Source of the DNA: Antedon mediterranea
Lineage: Eukaryota; Animalia; Echinodermata
Reading direction: 5' to 3'
Length of the DNA: 64,000 nt
Assembly (NCBI RefSeq): GCF_964355755.1
Contig: NC_092674.1
Coordinates: 8,246,001-8,310,000 of the forward strand
Under the pieces are notes generated by a model, which was given only the letters and a program-made list of their open reading frames with translations, searched no databases and was not told the origin of the DNA. This document shows positions 1 through 10,600 of this stretch, one piece after another. Position numbers and translations under genes: made by a program. The stretch's first letter is position 1; every line of letters starts with the position of its first letter.

Positions 1-1767
1 CTGAAAACTTACATATACTACAGTATAATAATGAAATACACATCAGATTGCGTTTTAATATTAAGTTCGCTCGAGAATTGTTTTGGAAGGACGCTCTCTA
101 ACGTCTGTCAAATTTCTTCTTTTCAATTTTAACTACTGTACCCGCAAGTTAATAATAATTACTATATAATCTATTGCAATCCATAAATACCCAACACAGA
201 TTGCCGCAATTTATTTTTCTTTTAAATCATCAATTCATAAGTGCATAAGTACTATAGACCTACCTATGCCTAGTATACACTATTTGCTTAGGACTAAGAC
301 CTAATTATGTACACATAGCCACCAAAGAGGAACATGTTACCATGTCATTCCTTAACTATGGGTTACCAGGTTATGTAGCTATTAGTAATACAGCAACAAC
401 ACAGAGGCATAAAAAGAACTGTTTCAGTACCGCTACGCGATTTTTCTTTACGTACATAAGTTGGGGACCCCTCATGAAACGTCACAAAATAAACATGAAT
501 ATTCATTAGTCATATCTATAAGAGGTGACGTAAGAATTGAGCTGACTGCAATTAGCTAATGCAAATGCTTTCTGTCGAGCAGTCTGTGTAATAGTCGAGT
601 GGATTAGACATGGACATGTGTATGTATTCAAGAGTAAATGAGCCTCATGCTATACATACTAGGACGACAACTTAACGATCGACGATAAATAGATAAACGT
701 AAATAACAAATAAATACATTTGCAAAGTGTTCATCCCGGATAACCATTTATTAGATAAAAATATTTTGTTTGTAATCCAATAAAATGACGTCCTGATCAA
801 CAAGAACAATAAAATCGTTGTATCGTCACAATAGCATTGCTCTTATTAATCATGACGTCATCTGATTTGACGTGTGAAAATATTGTTTTCAGGCAGCAAA
901 AAATGGTTTTCTATACATAGTTCTAGGATGAACATTTTCTTTTGTTATATGTAAGAAAAAGTTATCACCGATCGTTTTCGTCCTTTGTAAACATTATAAT
1001 GTTTCAACCAGCAGACATCGGTAGGTATATCCGCAGCATTTTGTTGAGTTGTCAAATTCTCTAGTTCTATACTTATTGAACAGCTTATAAGTTTGAAAGG
1101 GGCAGTTACTCGATCATTTTAAAACATGCACATTTTTAACAATAAAGAATGTACCGTAATAATGCACTCTGTAAGTTTTGTCTTTGATGTAGGCCTACAT
1201 TGGCATTATATTTCTTCCCAATTAAATTGTTTCCACATTAGGCTTAATTCTAGAAAAAACAGTCCGATGTAGAATGTACAAATATTCAAAAACAAATAAA
1301 TGGTCCTCGGAAAAGCTGGTACTAGAAACGGTGCATTTTTTAACGTATAAATAATTTCTTTCTAGAACATGATTAAATTCTTCTGTAGATTCTATAAGAC
1401 ATAGACCTAAATACATATACAACGCCCTCTATATTCTTATGTACATGGTGGGATAAATAAGGCACACATGCACTTATTTAATGCTAAAATTTTCGTCAAT
1501 AAAATAATATATTTGCACAGTGATTATTGCCGAAATTGCTATATTTATATATGTCATAACAAACCTTAAATATAATTAACCGTATATAAATTGCTATAGA
1601 GTAAAATCTTACTGTGCATTTTCTACCCCTGAAATAAGACTTAATGCTACTTACAATATTTAAACATCTTTTTTGAAAAATACACAACCTAGATCTAGTT
1701 GCTATCGGACGCGATTAAAAGAAAACGTGAATGCAGAAAGTAACGTAGGTAAACATGCGTCTGTATT

Positions 1768-1889
1768 CAGCTTGGTTCTCACTAGGACGCAACGCAAGGA
1801 CTTAGACGCAACGTAAAGCTTGGTTCCCACTAGAGACGCAACGTAACGCAATCTACGCAACGTAAGCGTCCTAGTGAGAACCAAGCTTT
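1768..1889. mobile_element. Harbinger/Tourist-type MITE family A, short copy with an extra internal left TIR
   Basis: TIR AGCTTGGTTCTCACTAGGACGC ... GCGTCCTAGTGAGAACCAAGCT, ACGCAACG subrepeats, TTA after the right end. Confidence 0.75.
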
Positions 1890-2057
1890 ATTAGCAGAAA
1901 CACTCCTATCATCAAGTTTTATATTTTGCGACGACAGGATTTACTCTCTTTGACGTTTACCGGTACTTTCTGATCTGGCATACGTAGAGTTTCGTTTTTA
2001 ATTCTTGTCAGTGTTACAAAGCTAGACGTAGGCCTAGATAAATTACGTAAGTCCTAA

Positions 2058-2263
2058 AGCTTGGTTCCCACTAGCGACGAAACGTAACGAAACCTACGCA
2101 ACGTAAGAAAATGCCGTTCCCATCATTGCGTTTGCCCCCGTCTGCGTGAAATCAAACCTAAGATGTTTGCAGCACTATTGTGTCGTAGGTTCCCACTTGT
2201 GATTCGCAATACAGAACTTTGCGTCGATACGTCGCTACGTTGCGTTCTGGTGGGAACCGCGCT
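2058..2263. mobile_element. Harbinger/Tourist-type MITE family A
   Basis: AGCTTGGTTCCCACTAG ... CTGGTGGGAACCGCGCT, bounded by TAA and TTA. Confidence 0.75.
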
Positions 2264-2873
2264 TTACAAAGCTAGACGTAGGCCTAGATAAATTACGTAA
2301 GTCCTAACATTAATTAATGGTCACATGACATCTTAAAAAAGTAAAAAATCATATTAGAACTTCATAGTGAGAAATAGTTCGGTTCACTTGTTATAAGAAT
2401 TCAATCATTAACCAAAGACTTGGGGAATAGGTAATAGAAAAAAATGCAGTCCATGAAAACCTATGGTTTTATTAAAATGTTTAAAATTAATAAGGGAATT
2501 GTTTTATTACCCAAATTCTGTCTGTATGTCTTGGACGCCATTTTGTCGAAGGGTATGAATATATCAACGGTGTCGTATAACAGACATAACATTGAGACAT
2601 TTTGAACCCGTTGATGTAGTTTTAATTATATAATGTTACAATACATTAATGCTTATAACCTGATCTTTAATAATGAACTCTAAAAATATTTGCGATCGAA
2701 TTACATTTACAAAAAAATATATACTTGATGTCCCTTGCGATAGCTGCATGCTCTTCTGTCTACTTTTTATATTATTGGCAATAAATAAATAATAAAAGAG
2801 ATATCAAATATCTAGAATAATAATCATTACACATTGTATGCATATCAAATCAATGATTTACTATTCTATATTA

Positions 2874-2879
2874 TTTATT
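2874..2879 (-). promoter_or_regulatory. Candidate polyadenylation signal AATAAA for the neuroligin-like gene (about 1.15 kb 3'UTR)
   Basis: AATAAA on minus strand downstream of the stop; AT-rich context and other candidates near 2470 and 2500 make this weak. Confidence 0.25.
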
Positions 2880-4017
2880 TTATATTTTAAAGTTTTGGTA
2901 GGCCTACTCGTGTATCATCGTGTTTATACATAATGACGTATACATTTTATGTGCTGATGTCATCATTATATGTGTAACTGCAGGCTCCCTTGACATCTGT
3001 TTCCACGGGTGCTGTGGTTTGGGTATTTTAAATAATAATGTTGGTAGAAAATGTTTAGAATGTATTTTGCTTGAATCAGTGTTCATCTGGTAAATTACAA
3101 AATCACGGTTTGGCCAAGCGGTTGTTATCTACACGAACCAGAAAAAGGAAAGAAATGTGTTCACAATGTGTGTGTATACGGTAAGTATAATGTACAAAGC
3201 TGAAGATATGTATAGTAAAACAGGTGGACGTTACATAAAAAACCGGCAGCCCGATTAGCAATCCTTAAACTTAAGCGTACCTTCGCTCACAGTTAACTCG
3301 AGCGAACTGGAGAAACATATTTGGTTATTATTTTGCGAAGCGCCCTCTTTTTATAAAATAATAAAATGGTAATACATTTCAGAAATCGAAACGTTCTATT
3401 GAGTGCATCTCTCTGCATCTAAAGTGGAAAAATCGCGTTCGGATGGGTTATAAAACCAATCAATGCATTGTTCATCAGAGCAGATAAACAAACAGGAGTA
3501 ACAGCAACATCCTTGGCAGATGTAAGAACAAAGTTTGCAACAAGTAGGAAGAGTTTAGACAGGGATGCAAGGAGATTATAATACCAGAGGTTAGTAAGTT
3601 GGAATGGTGAAGGGTTCATATGAATCCAGCATAGTAGCCCTGTCTACCATTAATAATGACAAAAAAGCCTACATAATGTTTACCAATACAAAAAAACAAA
3701 CATGGGCGCGCCAAACGTGATAATGGTTTCATGAGGCCTTGTGCCATATTGTCCTTCAGCAATAACGTAACAAATAGGCCCAAATATTATATTTAGTCTT
3801 GAGAAAAATCAACAGAATTTACGAAATAAGTATGTTCCCGATGTTGACTTAATAACAACTTAATTGTGCAGTTAATTTTAGTCTTAATTTTTGAGAACCT
3901 AATTGTTATACGACCAACCTATTTAATTAATTACTATAATAAACACAGACAAAAATATCAATCATATCTTTGGAATAAATTAAATATTTGCAATTATACA
4001 TATTTTACAAATCGTCG

Positions 4018-4666
4018 TCACACGTCCATTTCGTATTCGTTTTTCTCTGCACGGATTTTTGTGGTCGGGGAAACAACATCATTTCCACGACTGTGATTTG
4101 CTAATCGTTCTGCCGCTACTTGTGTCATTAAACGTTCATCCTCAAAACTGCTATCTTTACGCATAGCCCTTGATATCATTGCTTCATTGTATGTGTTGTT
4201 GTTCACCGCTATGTTCCCGCCATATTTCTTCCTATAATGGTGAATGTAGTATATTGCAGATAAAATAGCAAAATTTAATAAAAGAAGGGCGGCCCCTACG
4301 ATGAGAACTATGCTCATTTGAGAACCACCCTTGTTACTGTTTGAAGTTGCCGACGCAACTTTTTCTATTTCGATGACTGGCGTACTAGTTATTGACCGCG
4401 TAGTAACTGATGACGTCATTTGACGCGTAGTTGGTACATTGTTCTCAACTTCATTACCCTCCATATTGTAGCATTTACCAGAAAGTATTTCTGTCACTTT
4501 TGGAATGTAATGTTCCCAAAATGACATTTTATGAAGACGATAAAAATCGTTAACTTTTCGTTTTTGGCCTATATGAAGATACTCTTGATTGGCAACAGTG
4601 TATTTCAACCAATCGTACCTACTATCACCATTTTGTATATCCTGCTCCTTTGGCATATTAGGATTT
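4018..4666 (-). CDS. Neuroligin-like terminal coding exon (end of esterase domain, S/T-rich stalk, TM helix, cytoplasmic tail ending EMDV)
   Basis: Acceptor TTTAG|A at 4667; [24 protein letters not shown]; [26 protein letters not shown] resembles neuroligin [24 protein letters not shown]; TGA at 4020-4018. Confidence 0.93.
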
Positions 4667-7600
4667 CTAAAATGTATAAAAAAAGCAAATGAATACATAA
4701 GATAATTTAGATATTATGATATATAGAACTGTAAGTCGTGGAAATAATTTTACATAACACGAGAGAGCACATTCAGATGCAGCAGGTTTTCCACAGGTTG
4801 TTAAAGCTTGGTTCCCACTAGAACGTAACGCAAGGACGTAAACGCAACGCAAGCGTTTTAACCAATGACAAGCGAAGTTATATGGTCAATTCACTTGCGT
4901 TGCGTTACGTCCTTGTGTTGCGTCGCTAGTGGGAACCACGCTTAAGCAAGGACGCAACGCAGGGACGCAAGTCGCAATTTAGGTGAATTGACCAATCAAA
5001 AGCGATGGATTATTCAAACTATCACTTGTGATTCATCAATACGTTTACGTTGCGGATTTAGGTATACTTTTTCAAATTAGAACATCTCAAAATAATTACC
5101 CTGTTTTCACAAAATTTGTCCAGTGGGTCATTACTGAACGGCTAATCTGAGCCTCTCTCCTTGTGTAGTTATATGCATACACCCCTATGCCACTTGGAAC
5201 CAGTGGAGCACCCAACACGAACGGCAATTCGTCCAGGAATATTGACCCTACAAGACAATAAATATAAACACGTCACAAAAGATAAAAATCATGGAAAAAG
5301 AATTATTATTATACCATAATGCACGGTCCTTACAAACTTTGCACCCAAAGGTCTATAACAATTTGTTATTATTTGTTAGAATATCACAATCTGTTACGAC
5401 GTCCCTTCCATTGATAGCAGCGCCTTGCGAAAAATCCCCTAATATGAAAGGATAATTTGCACCCAAAATTCTTTACGATATAACACTTTATTATAATTTG
5501 TACAAATTGTGTTGTACAATCTGTTACGACGTCCCGTCCATTGATAGCAGCGCCTTGCAAAAAAGCCCCTAATATAAAAGGATATTATTTCTACGCATCT
5601 TGAAGATATGATTATGAATATTGTCAGAAAGTGTCGCGAGACAGTGTTATCGAATCTCAGACAAATATTATTATATTATATATCGTGTATCGACTGGGGA
5701 TATAGAATTACAGCTATCTGATACTGAATATTTGACGTTTATTTTTTATAAATGTGTTTTAAATAGAGTAAAATACAAATCGTCAATATAAAATTAAACT
5801 GGTGAAGTTAATAATATTGAAGTGTAGTTACAAGACTGTTAATTAGATTTCGACTAGTATTAATATATAACGAGATTAATATATTATAAGCCAGAGGGTA
5901 GCGACAACAACGGTTATTTCATAGTTGAGAAATTGATCATGTCTATTGCAAGAGTGCTTACATTCCAATAACCACTGTTAGACTTTATTAATTTCATTTT
6001 TTTTTAAATTCACAATTTAATAACAAAGTTATACAGACAAAAACGTACAATTATAGACATAATATATAATTGTTTTAGGGATGTACTTGTAATGGCAAAT
6101 AATAAGTAATGTTGAAACAGTCGAATGATCCCAACTATTGTAGAAGGCAAGCCTTGTCTCACTGGGACTTTTATTTATTTATTTATTTAACAACATCTTT
6201 ATACAGGATTACACAATCAGGTAAAAGAAAACATGTTTTGCATTGTCATGGTTCTGTGTTAACAAAGTCGGGGTAAAACATTAGGTGTGGGGAAAAAATT
6301 AGATCGATATCTAACTTTGAATGAAGCAATTGTTGGGAATATTTGATTTCAGTTGGTAGGTTATTCCATATTTTAGCGCCTGCAATTTTGAAGGACGAGT
6401 TCATCTCATTCACACCAAAAATACATATGCCTACCTGCCCAGCGTCGTGCAAAGCTAGTCCTCATTCTCGATGCGAAGAAGTAGAGATATCCCACAAGAC
6501 CCGCTTCGTCGAACATTTTAACTGTCTGTATCGCTGGAACAACCCATTGCCTGTCACTTATGAATGACAAGACGTTCTCTGAATACGATGTTGATTCTGC
6601 CGTTGTACCGTCCTCCCAACCAGTATATTCGAAATGAATAGCTTTCTTTATAATATCACTGCCGGAGAAAGACGGTGTTAGTAATAGAATATAGGCCTAC
6701 ATCTGTGTTATCGAATAAAGGCCTGTAAGACCTAAATACTTATCATTAAATTAGGTCCGAGCGGTTAATTTATTTTATTTTATTCAATCGAAACCAACCG
6801 CAATAATTACCAATATTAACCTGCCGTATTTATGATTTTTATTTTCTTAAAAATGTAAAATATTTCAAAATTCAGGTCTTCCACTTATTTACTTGAAGAT
6901 TAGATTTTTAGAGGAGTAGACAAATAAATAATGTTAGGGCCTATACATTTTGAGATTATCGTAGCTGAATATGACACTGTGTAGCCAATAATATAACTAC
7001 TACCCCATGGACTCAATACTGTTAGTATTTACTGCAACAAATACCTATAAAAAATATATTTCTCTTCCTATGGGAGTATTCGGTAACGTCATCGTATAGC
7101 ACTTGACAAACAATATAATAAAGATTATCATTATACATAATGATAGCTTAAGACAACCAAATGTTGTATAAAATAACACAATAATCCACACTATTATATA
7201 TTTTGATTAATGATAGTAATAAAATGTGATAATATTCTAATGTTCATATGCTTTTGTCCCTTAGGTAATTTGTATTTGCGATTAGATTAAATTTTGAATC
7301 TATGTCATTGTGAGAATGTGTTGATGACCATTAAAGTTTAATATGAATGACACTCGTATAGAATTAGGTATTGTAAAGAAACGTTATTCAGTTCACATTC
7401 AAAGAAAACAAAATCAACGTACCAAAATAATAAGAAATAAAGAAACTATAAAAGAAATAAAGAAATTGTAATGAAATCAAAATGGGCAGGATACATAAGA
7501 AGAATAACTAACAATATGTGGGGAAAAGGGAGTCACAGAATGGTAACATCTGACCGAAGAAGAAAAAAAAAGAGGGGTGACATCACAATATATCTAAAAA

Positions 7601-10600
7601 CTTCAAAATAGCCAATAGCATCACATCACACCACACCCCTTTGCCTCAAATGAACCTCAGTAATTAAATACTTTTCAGGAACGAACAACTCTTCGTGACG
7701 TCATGCAAAAACATACCTTACATAATTAGGACTCTAACGCGTCTTATCTTTTGTCCTTTAGGCCATCACTCACTTACTCACAAGGGTGAAATGATTTATT
7801 ATTTTTATTGAATTCCTCAGAAACCTAAATGTGTTTCATAAAGAATTTTAATACATTAGTTCCATTGACTGCGTTCTCGTGTGAGAAATCCTATTGTTTA
7901 GTTTATGGTGCCTCGGAGGTTGCATAATGATAACGTTATTTTTCTATATAACCATTTAAGAAATTTTTTCTCATTATCTTCTCAAATGGTGTGGTAATAA
8001 AATACATTTAAAAAACAATGATGATAATGCATCAATGTATGCGATCGCGTTCAAAGGTAAGCTGAAACTATGACAAAATATTGATAGTATACTTTATTAT
8101 ATTAATTTTATTTAAATGTTTGTATAGTGTCACTGTAGCTTGGCATGCTTCCTACCAATGGAATACCAGTATTCGTATTCACAAATCACGCTTCAATAAG
8201 TACTTAAACACTATAGGCTCTATAGTATTTCAACTTAAGTCAATAATATTGTAAACTTCTTAAATGTTAAAGGTGTCTGAAGACTATGATTGGTGAATAC
8301 GGCCACTGGTCTCGTATCATAATTCACTCAGAGCTCCGATACTGTGTATGCAAATTCAAGATTCAAGAACCGGATATAGGCTGCCCCCTATAGACCAGTA
8401 GCAAACCAAAGCCGGATGTAGCAAACTTTGAATCATATATAAACAACTTTTCTTGATAGTTGAAACTCAGCTAAAGCTACTCCGGAAAGCGACTGCACCG
8501 GGTTTTATTTTGCTATCAAAGACACTATTTAGTTCCAGAACCGGATATAGGTTGCCCCCTAGACCAAATATGTATATTATCTCTATGTAGCCTAATATTC
8601 TCCTATGTTTTCAGCGATTTATAAATATGTAAAAAGGTGTACCGTAGCCTACATATTGACCTACCGAAAGTTTATGCCACTTCCATAGTGGTTTTGTACA
8701 AATCCAAGAAGAATTTCGTCATAATCTTTCGCTAGTATTGCCCCATTTTCGTCTGTTTGTAGCTCAACTAATTCGTACGCATCGCCTTCCGTAAAACCCG
8801 TCATAATGCTAACCTTCCGTACTGTATTACGTATCAGGTTGGCCGGTACGTCCGTAATTATATCTCCGTCTATTACAGGCCCAAAAGCGATGAAATATAA
8901 CGGGGCACGTATATCTTTTTCTGCCAGTAGAAGCTCTTCGAACGGTACATTTCGGAGTTCGTCGATGATGTCGGACTGTGGTTTCTTCTGGCAGCCAAAT
9001 CGTTCTGCTAGGCGGTCAAAGTAGGTAGAAGGTTCGGTAGACATTACCCAGGGAGCCAATGGGGAGCCGCCTTGTGCAATCACACGATGTATAAGGCCTA
9101 TTTAAAAGAAAAACAATAGTGATATATTTAATTCAGACAACCGTTTAATTTGACATCATATGTATAGCATAAACCTTGTACACATTGGATAGAGGAGGCC
9201 ACATGGCAATGGAACCGACGTACATTGGTCAGGACCCTTAAGTTACTGTAAAATACAATGTGTAATGTACATGAACTGTTTATGGATACTGCCTATTGGC
9301 AGAGAGGAAAGCGTAAAGTTGAAACACAACATTGTCTTTTCTATTTAAAATTAAACTTTTACATAAAAATAAACAACATTTGTAGGCTTACCACTTGTGC
9401 GATTGGACAGGGCCAATATCCCAGAGCTAGCTGCACCAGATCCAGCTCCAACTACTGTTACCCTACTTTTATCTCCATTGAATGCTGATATATTATCTTG
9501 TATCCATTGAAGAGCTGCAATTTGGTCTTGTAGTCCATAGTTTCCCTTAGCTGCACCGGTACCAGAACTTAAGAAACCTATAATTGAAGGATTATTCGTG
9601 TGTATAGGTCTAATAAGTACATTATAAGAAAAAAAACCTATAGTATATTCTAGATATTTTAGTTTAGGTTCTAGATAGCGATTCGACGATTCAATATCTG
9701 TTAAAAACTACCCACTTTCCAGGGCTGGCCTTTCTCCATTTAAATTTTTATTTGTTTGCTTTTTAAATTTTTTATTTTACTTATGTCTTTTTACATCATA
9801 TTTTATATTCTTACTATGTATAATGTATATCTTACTCGTCATACTTGATTATGTTTATGTATCTTTTTTGATGGGTGAGCCTTAAAGTTCTTTGAACTTT
9901 TTTACCCACCAGCCACACATTTTTCTTATATATATATATAATGTTTATTGTTACTTATCATATTTATTTTGTGTTGAAAATCAATAAAAACAAAACAAAA
10001 AAAACAAATTGAGAATTCATTTTAGAATATTGAAATGGATGAATTTTCTATAACTCCCACTGTTTTTGGCCTTTTCATGACCGCAAATGTCCTTTTAAAA
10101 ATGTATCTTTTTTATTAAATTTTTTAAAGATGGATTTAAAATAATATTGAAATAAATCTTCCTAACTACCTCTGTCTATGTTACCTACATTCTTATTTAA
10201 AACTTATTTCCTAATGTTAAAATAAATTAAAACACTATGAATAATAGTCACTAATACCAGAACCGGAAATAGCCTGCCCCCTTTTGACCAGTATTAAATC
10301 AAGGATAGATCTCACACGGTAACTCTTCTTTACTTCAATTTATGCAATGACACAGTAACTGCATGCTGTATTCTGTTTAAACAAGTTGTAGCCCATAAAC
10401 ATAAACCGGTAGTAGCTCTGATAATGTATTTATTATGCAAATTAAACACAAATTCCGAAACCGGATATATACTGCCCCCTATAGACCAGTATCAAACCAA
10501 AGCGGGATTATTATTATTTTTAGGAAAATAATAATGAATCATGCTATATTCTTAAAGTAACGAGGCCTACTCCATTCTTAGCATAGATATACTGTACATA

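Larger units (their letters stand above)
8365..10505 (+). repeat. Four dispersed copies of an about 35-45 bp motif at about 8367, 8537, 10259 and 10457
   Basis: AACCGGATATAGGCTGCCCCCTATAGACCAGTA(G/T)CAAACCAAAGC variants in introns 4 and 2. Confidence 0.7.

Noticed and set aside
1768-2307. Short repeats with spacers superficially like a CRISPR array
   Set aside because: Eukaryotic context; the repeats are MITE TIRs and subrepeats with irregular spacing and no cas genes.
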